A program made the translations under genes and the position numbers. A stretch of DNA of 64,000 bases, taken from sequence record ON529853.1; one strand, written 5' to 3'. Of this stretch, positions 33,431 through 43,092 are shown in pieces. The stretch's first letter is position 1, and each line of letters starts with the position of its first letter. Below the pieces are notes generated by a model, which made no database searches, had not been told where the DNA came from, and worked only from the letters and a program-made list of their open reading frames with translations.

Positions 33431-33571
33431 TCAGCGCCGCGTGATGGGTTGCAGAGCGGTGGTGTTCATCAAGGCGCTGCGCAGCGTCTTGTAGGTCGGG
33501 ACTTCGTAGACCTTCGCCGGGGCGGTGGTGTTGAAGTCGTCGACGTAGGTGTATTGGATGGGGTCGGACAT
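33431..33571 (-). CDS. Small hypothetical protein (46 aa)
   Basis: GAGG RBS; fills gap. Confidence 0.55.
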   Translation of the reverse strand: MSDPIQYTYVDDFNTTAPAKVYEVPTYKTLRSALMNTTALQPITRR

Positions 33572-33581
33572 GAAAGCCTCG

Positions 33582-33809
33582 TTAGCGGGATTGGATGTTG
33601 TGACGACGGGCCTCGCGGCGCCGGCGCTTCTGGTCGCCCAGGGCGAGCCAGTGGAGGAAGGTGAGGGCGGCCAGGGCCAGGCTGAGCGCCGCGCCGTATT
33701 CGACGCCGGGCGGCGGGTCCTGGGTCATGGAGCCGACCAGAACGAGAAGGCTGGACGCCAACGACGTGAGCGACGTCAGCAGCCAGAGAGTGCGGGCGCG
33801 CTCGGTCAT
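33582..33809 (-). CDS. Small membrane protein
   Basis: Two hydrophobic segments; ATGA overlap. Confidence 0.6.
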   Translation of the reverse strand: MTERARTLWLLTSLTSLASSLLVLVGSMTQDPPPGVEYGAALSLALAALTFLHWLALGDQKRRRREARRHNIQSR

Positions 33810-34060
33810 GCGAACTTCGCGAACAGCCATTCCGCCAGCAGGTAGAGGCCGGCGGCGACGGGCGGGATCGCCGAAAAGATCGAGACGGGCAGGATCATCA
33901 CGGTGAAGTCGTGCTGCCACAGGGCGAAGGGCAACGAGAAGATCGCCCCAACCACGGCGCCCAGGAAGGCCAGGGCGACGGCGCCGCCGACGAAGGTCAG
34001 GCCGATCAGGAAGGTGAGCGCCCCTTGATCAAAGACGGGTGCGGCCGCCATGTCATTCAC
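33806..34060 (-). CDS. Small membrane protein
   Basis: Two TM-like segments. Confidence 0.65.
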   Translation of the reverse strand: MNDMAAAPVFDQGALTFLIGLTFVGGAVALAFLGAVVGAIFSLPFALWQHDFTVMILPVSIFSAIPPVAAGLYLLAEWLFAKFA

Positions 34061-34796
34061 CCCCGTCGAGCAGGTGCTGGATGCGGTCCCAGCCCAACTG
34101 GTCGATCTTGGAGATCGCCGCCAGCAGCAGGCCGACCAGGGTGTCCTTGTGGACCTGCGGTCCCGCCATGCCGTGCACCGGCGCCTGGCCGCGCGGAGCG
34201 AGGATGCCGGCCCAGGTCTCTTCCTGGTTGAACTTCTTCATCACCGTCAGGGTGACGCCGTGGCCCCGGCTCTCGTGGTAGCGGCGCTTCGGGAAGCTGT
34301 AGGTCTCGCCGGCGCGGATGACTTCGATGCCGTCGATCGTCACGTCGACGCCGTCGCGACGGATGGTCGGCTCGGCCGATCCCAGGTGGGCCGGCATGAC
34401 TTCCCACTCGGAGAAGACGCCAGCGCCATCCAGGGCGTGATCCTCGTCGGCGTTGAGCCGGACAACACTGTCGTGGGCGCTCAGGAAGATGTTCGTCACC
34501 GCGCCCAGCAGCACCGTCGAGGTGAAGTCGAAACGGTGGTCATGGCGGCAGCCGAAGGATTCCGGCTCGGTCGGCAGGTCCGGATGCCACAGGTGCAGAC
34601 GGACGTCCTCGTTCAGATAGACCTGGGCGAAGCCGACCCCGGCGTGATAGCGCGGCTTCAGCGTGCCGCTGATCAGTCCCGCGCGGACAGTCTGATAGAG
34701 GGGATGCTGATCGGACACAGAGAGGATTTCCTTGATACGGGCGTTGGCGGCGGCGCTGGCGCGCTTGAGGGTTTCGGGGGAGACGCGATGCGTCAC
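34053..34796 (-). CDS. Cupin-like hypothetical protein
   Basis: RLHLWHP...RHDHRFDF...RRYHES His pattern. Confidence 0.6.
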   Translation of the reverse strand: MTHRVSPETLKRASAAANARIKEILSVSDQHPLYQTVRAGLISGTLKPRYHAGVGFAQVYLNEDVRLHLWHPDLPTEPESFGCRHDHRFDFTSTVLLGAVTNIFLSAHDSVVRLNADEDHALDGAGVFSEWEVMPAHLGSAEPTIRRDGVDVTIDGIEVIRAGETYSFPKRRYHESRGHGVTLTVMKKFNQEETWAGILAPRGQAPVHGMAGPQVHKDTLVGLLLAAISKIDQLGWDRIQHLLDGGE

Positions 34797-35704
34797 CCCT
34801 CGCCCTCCCAACCGGCGGGGACGCGGAAGCCGGCGGCGTTCTTGTGGCCGCCACCGCCGAACTGGCTGGCGACCTGGGAGACGTCCACCGCCTTGGGATC
34901 GTCCTTGTCCGAGCGCAGCGAGAACGAGCGCTGGCCGTCCGAGGTGTCGAAGTAGCTGGCCGAGAAGGCCTCGCCGCGACACATGATGTTGCCGCCCTCA
35001 GAGGCGAAGATGTAGGGCAGGTTCGCGACCGGGACGTCGTAGCCGCCGATCACCATGCGGCGCTTGGCGGCGCGGATGGCGCCGGAGATTTCGGCGTCCT
35101 GCTTCTTGACCAGGGCCTCGCCGATCTTCACGGCGTGGCGCATGCCCTCGTCGTCGTCGAGCGTCTGGGCCATGTCCATCCAGCTATCGAAGTCCAGCGA
35201 CGACAGGCCCATCCAGGCGCAGACCGCCTTGGCGTTGGGCAGAGCCCAGGTCCACAGATCGCGGTCCTGGACGTAGCGGACCAGAGCCGGCGCGCCTTCG
35301 TCGTCCTTCAGGTCCCAGACGGCGGCAACGCCGTCTTCGGCGCCGAAGCAGAACTCCCACGACAGCATGGCGCCCGACTTGGTCATGTCGAAGACGCCCA
35401 TGATCGTGCCGTCCTGGATCAGCGGCTCCAGCAGGCGCTGGGCCGAGACGTGGTGATCCAGAATGGTCACCGAGGCCGCCTCGGACACGATCTGCATCGT
35501 CGGCTCAGGCTTGTAGGAGAAGTCGACGATCAGGACGTGCTTGCCGGCGACATCCGGCAGGGTGTCGGCCTGGTAGACGCCAGGGACCATCTTGCAGTTC
35601 GGCCAGCGAAGCTGCACGGCCCAGGCGGCGGTGAAGCCGTCGGCGCAGGGGTGATGGTAGATGCAGACGTCAGGCTCGTACCCGAACGGGGCGTGATAAG
35701 CCAT
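34793..35704 (-). CDS. DHH/DHHA1 phosphoesterase
   Basis: CADGF, IVDFS, ILDHH, GGGHKNAAGF. Confidence 0.92.
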   Translation of the reverse strand: MAYHAPFGYEPDVCIYHHPCADGFTAAWAVQLRWPNCKMVPGVYQADTLPDVAGKHVLIVDFSYKPEPTMQIVSEAASVTILDHHVSAQRLLEPLIQDGTIMGVFDMTKSGAMLSWEFCFGAEDGVAAVWDLKDDEGAPALVRYVQDRDLWTWALPNAKAVCAWMGLSSLDFDSWMDMAQTLDDDEGMRHAVKIGEALVKKQDAEISGAIRAAKRRMVIGGYDVPVANLPYIFASEGGNIMCRGEAFSASYFDTSDGQRSFSLRSDKDDPKAVDVSQVASQFGGGGHKNAAGFRVPAGWEGEG

Positions 35705-35970
35705 CAGTCTTCGGCCCCGAACGCGTCGTCTTCATCTTCGTCGTCGCTCTCGGCGAGGTTTTCGATCTCCTCGACGGCGCGCTCGATCAGGTCGTGCGTG
35801 ACGGGCGTGGTGGTCGAGGAGGCGACGTAGATTTCGTCGTCCTCGGTCAGGCCGATGACCACGACCTGCTCCAGGTCCGCGTCCAGGGCGCCTTCCAGCA
35901 CCTTGTGGACAGGGACGCGGAACTGCGGGCCTTCACGCACGATGCGCTTGCGGGTGAACTTGGAACTCAT
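35704..35970 (-). CDS. Hypothetical acidic protein
   Basis: ATGA overlap. Confidence 0.65.
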   Translation of the reverse strand: MSSKFTRKRIVREGPQFRVPVHKVLEGALDADLEQVVVIGLTEDDEIYVASSTTTPVTHDLIERAVEEIENLAESDDEDEDDAFGAED

Positions 35971-36188
35971 GGTAGGGTCTCGGGGAACAGGTCGTATTGA
36001 CGGGGGACGAACCCGACGCCCTTGCACGTTGGGCAATGGACGGTGCGGGCGCGTAGGGTGTAGGAATCGATGTCGTCGGGGTCGGGGGCGATCCACCCGG
36101 CCTGACAGCCGGCGAGGCAGATGGTGTGCTTGTCGTGGTAGGCCTCGGTCATGGCCTTGAGGGCGGCCCTAGTGATCAGGTGTCGCAT
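35967..36188 (-). CDS. Small Cys-rich protein
   Basis: CxxxC and CPTCKG. Confidence 0.6.
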   Translation of the reverse strand: MRHLITRAALKAMTEAYHDKHTICLAGCQAGWIAPDPDDIDSYTLRARTVHCPTCKGVGFVPRQYDLFPETLP

Positions 36189-36546
36189 CGAGCGGCAGAC
36201 CCGTCTTGAGGTCGAAGGACAGGCCGGCGGCCTTGGCCTCTTCCATCTTGCGTTTGACGTGGGTGAACTCGCAGCAGGAGAACTGGAAGCCGTGAACCAG
36301 GTCGGCGTAGATGAAGATCGGCAGTTCGCCGGCCAGCTTGGACGCCGCGAAACGTGACTCCCACGCCGCCTTCAGGCGCACGATGTCCAGCGGCGTCTCC
36401 TTGACCGTCAGATAGTCGGTCTTGTCGGTCGCGAAGGTCGTGTAGACCTGGGTGCGCGGGACGGTGGCGGCGTTGCCGCGCGTCGAGACGATCTGCTCGG
36501 GCGCGACGTAAACGTATTCGCCGGTTGTGAGGGTGAGGCGGATCAT
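36169..36546 (-). CDS. FlbD-family-like protein
   Basis: MIRLTLTTG...VAPEQI...TVKETPLDI pattern. Confidence 0.5.
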   Translation of the reverse strand: MIRLTLTTGEYVYVAPEQIVSTRGNAATVPRTQVYTTFATDKTDYLTVKETPLDIVRLKAAWESRFAASKLAGELPIFIYADLVHGFQFSCCEFTHVKRKMEEAKAAGLSFDLKTGLPLDATPDH

Positions 36547-36851
36547 TCGGCGATCAACCGGAACGACATATCGCCGTCCTCGTCGCGGTGCGCGTAGAGG
36601 GCAGGCCTCGGCGGGGCGAACTCGGCCCGCGCGCCCCAGGCCGCGATCAGCGTGGCGACCTCGTCGGGCGTCTCGACCACGTCGATCGGATCATGACCGC
36701 CCGTCATCAGAACGAAGTTGCGCAGGACGGCGCCCTCGGCGTCGGTCGCCACGGCGAAGCCCCGGTGGTCGCAGGGATAGACTCCGACCTCCTGGACCTT
36801 GGTCGGGTTCAACAGGCGCTTGAGGCCGTTGAGCAGGGTCACTTGAATCAC
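36543..36851 (-). CDS. FlbD-family-like protein
   Basis: MIQVTLLNG...LNP..V...VVETPDEV pattern. Confidence 0.55.
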   Translation of the reverse strand: MIQVTLLNGLKRLLNPTKVQEVGVYPCDHRGFAVATDAEGAVLRNFVLMTGGHDPIDVVETPDEVATLIAAWGARAEFAPPRPALYAHRDEDGDMSFRLIAE

Positions 36852-37324
36852 AGGATCACCGTCGGCGCCCCAGGCGCCACGTAGCAGTTGATGGAGTCAC
36901 GGAGCCATTCATCGAAGGCTTCGCGGGTGATGAGGTCGCCTTCGCGGGGCGGGATCACGACCAGGGCGCGGAAGTTCTCCTGCCGGCGGCCGACATAGGT
37001 CATGCCCTTCGCGCCATAGGGAATGACGCGGACGCCGTCGTTCGCCTCGGTCGGGAAGGACGTCACCAGCGGGATCAGGGCCTCGGCCTGGGCGTGGCTC
37101 GCCACCGCAAAGGCCAGGGCGCCGACCCGCTCAGGGTGGGTGGCGATGGGCCGCGTGAAGCCGCCCAGCTTGTAGGCGTCCATCTGTGCCTGGGTCGGCG
37201 GATGCAGGAAGCGCAGGTGCGTCGGATAGACGTGCCCGTTGCCGCAGCGGTCGTTCCCGCCGGGCCGGCGCTCGCGTGCATGTCCGCCGTCGCCGCAAAC
37301 GGGGCAGTAACCGAGCAGGCTCAT
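36848..37324 (-). CDS. Hypothetical protein with N-terminal Zn finger
   Basis: CPVCG...RCGNGH. Confidence 0.65.
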   Translation of the reverse strand: MSLLGYCPVCGDGGHARERRPGGNDRCGNGHVYPTHLRFLHPPTQAQMDAYKLGGFTRPIATHPERVGALAFAVASHAQAEALIPLVTSFPTEANDGVRVIPYGAKGMTYVGRRQENFRALVVIPPREGDLITREAFDEWLRDSINCYVAPGAPTVIL

Positions 37325-37638
37325 CGCGGCGCCCACGAGACGTCAAAGGACGCGGAGCCGTGATGCCCGCCTTGATTGAAGCTGACCGCGTATCCGGCTT
37401 TCACCAGGGCGCGGTGCGTCGACACGCGACAGTCGTTGATATAGGACGACGTCAACTGGCCGTCGTGCCGAGGCAAGACGCTGATGACGTCGACCTGGTC
37501 GCGCCCGACGCGGGCGGCCGCCACGATCAGGGCTTCGATCCGCTCCAGGGCCTCGGCGAGATCGAAGGCGGGCATGAGGCCCCGCACGGCGTCCGCCGAA
37601 GCGATGCCGCCGATGCGGGTGAGGGTGGGTCGAGCCAT
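37321..37638 (-). CDS. Hypothetical protein, related to 37677-38000
   Basis: Both have A..GR..VD(V/I)S...L..AGY.V. Confidence 0.65.
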   Translation of the reverse strand: MARPTLTRIGGIASADAVRGLMPAFDLAEALERIEALIVAAARVGRDQVDVISVLPRHDGQLTSSYINDCRVSTHRALVKAGYAVSFNQGGHHGSASFDVSWAPR

Positions 37639-37676
37639 GGTCGAGTCCAGTTCAGGGCGCGGCGTCGAAGCCCACA

Positions 37677-38000
37677 TCAGGCGTCGGCCGTTTCCGCCCA
37701 CGAGAGGTTGATGAAGCCGCGCTTGGCCGGCGAGCCTTCGAAGGCCTCGACCCGATAGCCCGCGTCAGCCAGGGTTTCGATCAGGCCCAGGACCGTGGCG
37801 TTGCCGGCGATCTTGCCGGTCATCCAGGCGCCCGAGTTGGGCTGGGGGACGATCGTCGAGATGTCGACGTGGGAGCGCCCGAGCGAAATCGCGTTGCGGA
37901 TCGCGTGGTCGATCTTGGCGTAGACGCCGGTCGGGTCCAGCGCCGGCACATAGGCGCGGGCTTCGGCGGCGGACAGGAGGGGGAGGGTCTTCTTGGTCAT
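37677..38000 (-). CDS. Hypothetical protein
   Basis: Clean ORF. Confidence 0.7.
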   Translation of the reverse strand: MTKKTLPLLSAAEARAYVPALDPTGVYAKIDHAIRNAISLGRSHVDISTIVPQPNSGAWMTGKIAGNATVLGLIETLADAGYRVEAFEGSPAKRGFINLSWAETADA

Positions 38001-38002
38001 GT

Positions 38003-38710
38003 TTACTCAGGGGTGATTTGGGTCGCCAGGTAGGCCTGGATGGAGGCGTGGTCGCCGCGCATGGCGGCCTCGATCTGCTCACGCGGCAGACCGGTGATCC
38101 GCATCATGCTGCGGATGTTCCGCTCGCGCAGTTCAGCCGGCGTCACCTCGGGGATGACGAAGGTCTGGGGGTCCTTCATCTGACCGAACATCCAGGTCTT
38201 GATCTGGGCGCGGTGCGCGACTTCCCAGGCGCGGAACGCATCCTGGAGCAGACGCTGAAGGTCTTCCTCAGCCGTGACGTCGTCTGGGCTGCGGATGAAC
38301 ATCCAATCGCCGGCCGCTTTCGTCAGGCCCGAGATCAGGGCGATCTCGGCTGCTTCGGCGTCGCCGGTCAGGCCGTCCCAGCCGTCCTCGCCCCAGCAGT
38401 CCTCGTTGGCCTCCATGAAGAGGTCCAGGACCGCTTCGGCGTTGAAGGTCACGCCGCCGGTGGTCTGGTATTCCGCCAGCAGCGCCTGGGTGTCGAACAC
38501 CGGCGGCACGGTGGTGCGCTTGTCGGCTTCACAGACGTAAATCGTGACTCCAGGCTCAGGACCGAAGGCTACGTCCTCGGATTCCTTCAGCGCGTGCGCC
38601 TTGGCGGCCGCGAAGCTGTCGAACGGGCCTTGGGCGTATTCGAACTCTTCGTGGTCCGCCCAGTAGAAGCGGAACACGCCGTCCGAGGGCGTATCGTCCC
38701 AGAGCGCCAT
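38003..38710 (-). CDS. Hypothetical protein
   Basis: 235-aa ORF. Confidence 0.7.
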   Translation of the reverse strand: MALWDDTPSDGVFRFYWADHEEFEYAQGPFDSFAAAKAHALKESEDVAFGPEPGVTIYVCEADKRTTVPPVFDTQALLAEYQTTGGVTFNAEAVLDLFMEANEDCWGEDGWDGLTGDAEAAEIALISGLTKAAGDWMFIRSPDDVTAEEDLQRLLQDAFRAWEVAHRAQIKTWMFGQMKDPQTFVIPEVTPAELRERNIRSMMRITGLPREQIEAAMRGDHASIQAYLATQITPE

Positions 38711-38889
38711 CAGCGTGCGGCCTCAAGGGCCGCGACCAGGTCGCCGATCTCGGCGCGATGCAGGACGAAGCGGCGATCGCCCATGTAGGTCTCGCCCGAG
38801 GTCTGCTCGACCAGGATGAAGGGCGAGTTGGGATCGCACTCGACGATGTCGCCCTGCGGCGTGCAGGGATAGGTGGTGAAGGCGGTCAT
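38710..38889 (-). CDS. Hypothetical protein (59 aa)
   Basis: Overlaps both neighbours. Confidence 0.6.
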   Translation of the reverse strand: MTAFTTYPCTPQGDIVECDPNSPFILVEQTSGETYMGDRRFVLHRAEIGDLVAALEAAR

Positions 38890-39233
38890 GCCGCGACGTC
38901 CTTGCGCAGGGCGTAGACGACCGGGTTCGCGACGACCTCTTCGGCCTTCGCGATGGTCGCGGTGATCTGGGCGTGCGCCTTGGTGATCGCCTCGACGTCG
39001 ATGTCCAGGCGGTCCGCCGGACTGCCTTGCAGCAGGTTGTAGAGACGGTTCTGCTCGTGGCGCAGCGTGGCGATGCCGACGCCCTTGAAGGCCAGCAGGC
39101 CCAGGCTGATGTCGCCGGCCTCGTAGCGCGCCAGCACGTCGTTGTAGCGGCCGTCGGCGTTATTCGCGGCGATGTGGTCCAAGGCTTCCTGCTCGGATTC
39201 CGTCGGGGACTGGAGTTGCGGTTGCACGGTCAT
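38886..39233 (-). CDS. Hypothetical protein, related to 39238-39477
   Basis: Shared Q..AL....ANN..G.Y...L..Y.AG.I..G. Confidence 0.7.
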   Translation of the reverse strand: MTVQPQLQSPTESEQEALDHIAANNADGRYNDVLARYEAGDISLGLLAFKGVGIATLRHEQNRLYNLLQGSPADRLDIDVEAITKAHAQITATIAKAEEVVANPVVYALRKDVAA

Positions 39234-39237
39234 GGGC

Positions 39238-39477
39238 TCAGAGGGCTCGCGGCGTGAAGTAGATCACCGGCTGGGCGATCGAGATTTCAGCCTGTTTGAT
39301 GATGTCGTCGTACTTGCCCAGGACGTTCGCCTGCTTGAGAATATGCAGGCTCGGGCCGAGGTAGCGGATGATGCCGACGTTGATCTTGCCGGCGGCGTAG
39401 TCCTCCAGGGTCTGGTCGTAGACCCCGGTCTGGTTGTTCGCCCGCATGTACGCGAGGGCGTCTTCCTGGTTAGTCAT
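39238..39477 (-). CDS. Hypothetical protein
   Basis: Paralog pair. Confidence 0.7.
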   Translation of the reverse strand: MTNQEDALAYMRANNQTGVYDQTLEDYAAGKINVGIIRYLGPSLHILKQANVLGKYDDIIKQAEISIAQPVIYFTPRAL

Positions 39478-39488
39478 GGAACTCGTTA

Positions 39489-39860
39489 CTAAGTCGGAGG
39501 GGAGTCGGCCTTCGCGTCGTAGCGGCAGGGGCGCCCTTCGAACGGCGGGGTCGTATGGGAATAGGTGATGGGGGCGCTGACTTCGGCCTGGACCAGGATC
39601 GCCGCGACCAGGTCCTTGACCGCGACGCCCGCGTCGACCGCCGCCGCAATCACCATGCGGGCCAGTTCCGGCGCCTTGGGCTTGATGGGCGGGGCGGCGG
39701 TGATTGTGGCGGGGGGCTCATGCAGGAGGTTGTTGACGATAACGGTCTGGACGCCGCTCCCGATCACGAGGGCTTGGTCAGGCCGCAGACCGGGAACGCC
39801 GCCTCGGGCGTAACGATCTTGCGCGACCTCGCGCTCAACCTGGGCGAAGATGTCGGTCAT
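39489..39860 (-). CDS. Hypothetical protein
   Basis: Clean ORF. Confidence 0.65.
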   Translation of the reverse strand: MTDIFAQVEREVAQDRYARGGVPGLRPDQALVIGSGVQTVIVNNLLHEPPATITAAPPIKPKAPELARMVIAAAVDAGVAVKDLVAAILVQAEVSAPITYSHTTPPFEGRPCRYDAKADSPPT

Positions 39861-40918
39861 CAGTGACGTCCCACGACGGTGTGGATCGCCGAGCCGTGCC
39901 AGGGGTAGGACGGCGGCGAGACAGGGTTGGCCCGGCGGAAACCTTCCACGTATGCGGCAGGTGCGTCATTATGTGGCGTGGCGTAGGCTTCGCCGGGCTT
40001 GGGGAACACGCCCTGGGTCAGGTACGCGTATCGGTGCAGGAACCGCTGGCGCGCTTCGAGCGGCGACCAGGGTTCAATGGTGAAGGGCAGCGGCTCGACG
40101 CCGCGCAGCATCGTCCAGACGGCGTCATCGTCGGCGCGGCGCGGCATCAGATCGCGCTTCTCGGTCGCCAGCATCACCAGGTCGATCGCCTTGACCTCGG
40201 GGCTCAAGGTGGTCGGCACGCCGAAGGTGGTGAAGATGCAGTTCTCGACGCGGGCCTCGACCGCCTTGTAGCAGGGCAGAAGCTGTTTCAGCGGGCTCGA
40301 CATGTCACCGATGACGCTCTCGGCGCCGTCGTGCAGCAGGGCTGCCAACTCATGGCCTGGTTCGCAGTTCTCGCTCGCCAGGACCGAATGCTGGGCGATC
40401 GTGTAGATCGCGTCGGACGCAACATGGGCGCCGAGTTGACCGGTGAAGCGACACAGCCGTGACAGGCCGGCGGCGATGTCCTCGATCGTCAACGGCGTGT
40501 CGCAGGGATTGAGGAAGTCGAAGTATTCGCCCGAGGCCAACTGGACCGACGGATACATCTTCAGCGGGGCGGTGGTCTTGGCGCGGGCGTTGATCGCCGC
40601 AACGTGCAAGGCGTTCTGGTCGTCCCGGTTCGCCTGCATCAGGTCGAGGTAGGCCTGGGCGACCAGGGCGGCGTCCGTGCCGGGATCGGAAGCCCCCGAG
40701 CGGTAATCTGCGCCGCCGATGCGCGTTTTCATGGTCAGGCGGAGCGCCGCGCGCTCAAGCTGGACCTCGGTCATCGACAGGCGATTGTTGTCCACTTGGA
40801 CGTCGCGCTCTCGATTATTGCGGGCGGTGTCGGAGAGGGGCACTGGGAGCGGGGTCCAGATGTGGTTAACGCCAGCCGTTGTGCCACGGCTGGCGCTCCC
40901 TGTCAACAATACTGGCAA
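39860..40918 (-). CDS. HD-domain phosphohydrolase (YfbR-like)
   Basis: LSRLCRFTG, AQHS, LLHDGAE..IGDM..PLK; start uncertain. Confidence 0.88.
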   Translation of the reverse strand: MPVLLTGSASRGTTAGVNHIWTPLPVPLSDTARNNRERDVQVDNNRLSMTEVQLERAALRLTMKTRIGGADYRSGASDPGTDAALVAQAYLDLMQANRDDQNALHVAAINARAKTTAPLKMYPSVQLASGEYFDFLNPCDTPLTIEDIAAGLSRLCRFTGQLGAHVASDAIYTIAQHSVLASENCEPGHELAALLHDGAESVIGDMSSPLKQLLPCYKAVEARVENCIFTTFGVPTTLSPEVKAIDLVMLATEKRDLMPRRADDDAVWTMLRGVEPLPFTIEPWSPLEARQRFLHRYAYLTQGVFPKPGEAYATPHNDAPAAYVEGFRRANPVSPPSYPWHGSAIHTVVGRH

Positions 40919-40936
40919 TCAATGTTGCCTGTGGAG

Positions 40937-41296
40937 TCAGTCGCAACCTCCGCCGCCGTCGCCGCCGCCCGAAGAGCAGGACCCGCCGGAATGGTGGCTG
41001 TCGGACGAGGAGCCGTAATCGACATAGCCGAAGTCCACGATGTGCGACGTCGGGGCGGCGCGCTTGGCGTAAGGCTGGTAGGGCGTGTAGCGGGACGTCT
41101 CGACCGGATGTTTGTCGAGGGTCGCGCGAGACGCAAACGAGCGAGCGCGCGCCGCACTGGCCGCGCGCTTGGCGGCTTCGTTGCTGCGCACCTGCGCTTC
41201 GTACCGGCGATTGGCGGCGGAGACCGCGCCGCGCGCCCACAAGATCAAAGCGATGGTGAGGGCGATGACGACCCCGATGGTGATGGCGAGCCCCAT
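40937..41296 (-). CDS. Membrane-anchored protein with Gly/Ser tail
   Basis: N-terminal TM; GGDGGGGCD tail. Confidence 0.65.
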   Translation of the reverse strand: MGLAITIGVVIALTIALILWARGAVSAANRRYEAQVRSNEAAKRAASAARARSFASRATLDKHPVETSRYTPYQPYAKRAAPTSHIVDFGYVDYGSSSDSHHSGGSCSSGGGDGGGGCD

Positions 41297-41442
41297 GCTC
41301 GTCTCCTTAAAGCATTGTCAGAAAGGGCGCCGGCGGGGCCGCATCGACGTTCGGTGGTCTTCGGGCGGGGCGCGCAACACTGAAACGATCTCCACGGCGG
41401 TCGCCAGGAGCAGCGTAGCGAGCAGCAGTTGCGGCAGGCCCA

Positions 41443-41736
41443 TCAGAGGCGTCCCGACATGAAGGCGCGGTGCAGTCCCATGACCTGGGCGTCGGTGGCC
41501 TTCTTGGTCTGGGCCGGCAGGAGGCGGCGGCACATGGCGACGATCTGGGCGTCGCGGGCTTCGCCGTCCGGCTCGGGCGCGGTGTCGGCCTGGGTGAAGC
41601 GGGCGATGTAGTCGCGGCTGGTCATGGCTCCGGGGGCCTTGGCGCGGCGCGCTTCCATGTCCGGGTTGATGCGGGTCGGCCGCACCGGCGACTGCTCAGC
41701 GTCGGGGCGCGGCTTGCGTTCAGTCTGTCGGCTCAA
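41443..41736 (-). CDS. Hypothetical protein
   Basis: TTG start overlapping upstream stop. Confidence 0.55.
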   Translation of the reverse strand: MSRQTERKPRPDAEQSPVRPTRINPDMEARRAKAPGAMTSRDYIARFTQADTAPEPDGEARDAQIVAMCRRLLPAQTKKATDAQVMGLHRAFMSGRL

Positions 41737-42152
41737 AGGGTCAGGCTCCGGATTGGTCCGCCGGAATGGATGTCCAGCTTGATGGCGGCGGCGACCGCTT
41801 CGACCGCCGAGGCGCCGGCCAGCATCGCCCCCATCGCCAGGTCGCCGCCGGAGCCGAACGCCACCACGCCGGTGGTGTTGACCCAGGGGCCTTGCGAGCC
41901 CCAGACCACCATGGTGCCGTCCGGGGTGATGACGAAGCCGTTGGCGTTGTTGCTACCCTCGACCGGGCACTTGCCGCGCATGCCGCCCCGGACCCACTCG
42001 CAGAAGCGATGACAGATCGCGGTGCATCCCGCGCCGCCGATCAACACCCGCCTATGACGCCAAATCTTCTGGGAGAACCCGTCCCGTTGTCCGCCGGACG
42101 TCACGAGAGAGTCGGCGGCGAGCACGCCGTCTTTGAATGCGATGGTCGTCAA
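41733..42152 (-). CDS. Ntn-hydrolase (HslV/proteasome beta-like)
   Basis: MTTIAFKDGVLAADS N-terminal Thr; AFGSGG. Confidence 0.75.
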   Translation of the reverse strand: MTTIAFKDGVLAADSLVTSGGQRDGFSQKIWRHRRVLIGGAGCTAICHRFCEWVRGGMRGKCPVEGSNNANGFVITPDGTMVVWGSQGPWVNTTGVVAFGSGGDLAMGAMLAGASAVEAVAAAIKLDIHSGGPIRSLTL

Positions 42153-42167
42153 GAGGGGAAATCGATA

Positions 42168-42455
42168 CTAGGGGCGTGGCTTGATGTTGCGGAAGTCCGC
42201 AGGCAGGGGCCAGCAGGTGATCAGGATGTCGTCGACGAACACGTAGAGATGTCCGCCGTGGACCCTCATGTTGTTCGCGGTGCGCTCGCGCAGGTAGATT
42301 CCGTCCAGATAGCGACGGAACTTACCGGAGAACTGACTGTGGGTCGCGCCCTTCTCCAGGGCGGCGGCGGCCTGCCGTTCAACGGCGCGGCGAGGTAGAC
42401 CCAGGCGTTTCCGCACTCTCAGGTCCGCGTGGTCGGTCACTTGAACATCGGTCAT
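42168..42455 (-). CDS. Hypothetical protein
   Basis: Clean ORF. Confidence 0.65.
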   Translation of the reverse strand: MTDVQVTDHADLRVRKRLGLPRRAVERQAAAALEKGATHSQFSGKFRRYLDGIYLRERTANNMRVHGGHLYVFVDDILITCWPLPADFRNIKPRP

Positions 42456-42494
42456 GGCGTATTGTCAGCTAAACCGGCATTCAGTGTCAAGGAA

Positions 42495-42689
42495 TCAGTG
42501 GTCCGGCGGCGGCGTTTTCGGCGGCTGCGGTTCGGCCAGCGCCTTGTAGTCTTCCTCGGACATCAGGACGTAGCGGTGGTAGCCGTCCACGATCACCAGG
42601 GGCTCGACGTAGGCCTTGCGGGAGAAGTTGGACCAGTGGTCGCGAATCTGGCTGGCGGAGATGCGCAGCAGGCCGTTGAAGCCGATCAT
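42495..42689 (-). CDS. Phd/YefM antitoxin-like protein
   Basis: ISASQIRDHW...EPLVI...RYVLMSEEDY. Confidence 0.6.
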   Translation of the reverse strand: MIGFNGLLRISASQIRDHWSNFSRKAYVEPLVIVDGYHRYVLMSEEDYKALAEPQPPKTPPPDH

Positions 42690-42925
42690 TGCGGTCGATC
42701 CTTGAAACCGAACTGGGCGGGGACGCCATAGTGGGGCGCGTAGGCTGAGTAATCCTGATCGTTCAGGATCACCCCGTGGAAGTTGCGCATGTAGCGCCGG
42801 TAGAAGATGTGGGCGCTCTTGGCGTCGTCTTCATCAAAGGCCAACTGGCGCCCGTTGACCTGGGCGCCGAACGCCTCCAGCTTCGCCGTCCCAGACGGGT
42901 TGAGCGTGAAGATGAACCGGGTCAC
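42686..42925 (-). CDS. Hypothetical protein
   Basis: Coupled ORF. Confidence 0.6.
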   Translation of the reverse strand: MTRFIFTLNPSGTAKLEAFGAQVNGRQLAFDEDDAKSAHIFYRRYMRNFHGVILNDQDYSAYAPHYGVPAQFGFKDRPQ

Positions 42926-43092
42926 ATCGTCTCCGCGATGAACTGCTCATCCCAGTCGGCCTCGTGCATCGTCGCCGGCCAGTGCTCCGCGTTGAGCGCG
43001 TGCATCGCGCGCCACTTCACGGCGAAGGCGTCGACTTCCGCGTGCAATCGGCGCACGTAGTCGTCCAGGTTGAGTTCGGTCGGTTCAGGCAT
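42922..43092 (-). CDS. Hypothetical protein
   Basis: Likely start MPEPTE. Confidence 0.55.
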   Translation of the reverse strand: MPEPTELNLDDYVRRLHAEVDAFAVKWRAMHALNAEHWPATMHEADWDEQFIAETM

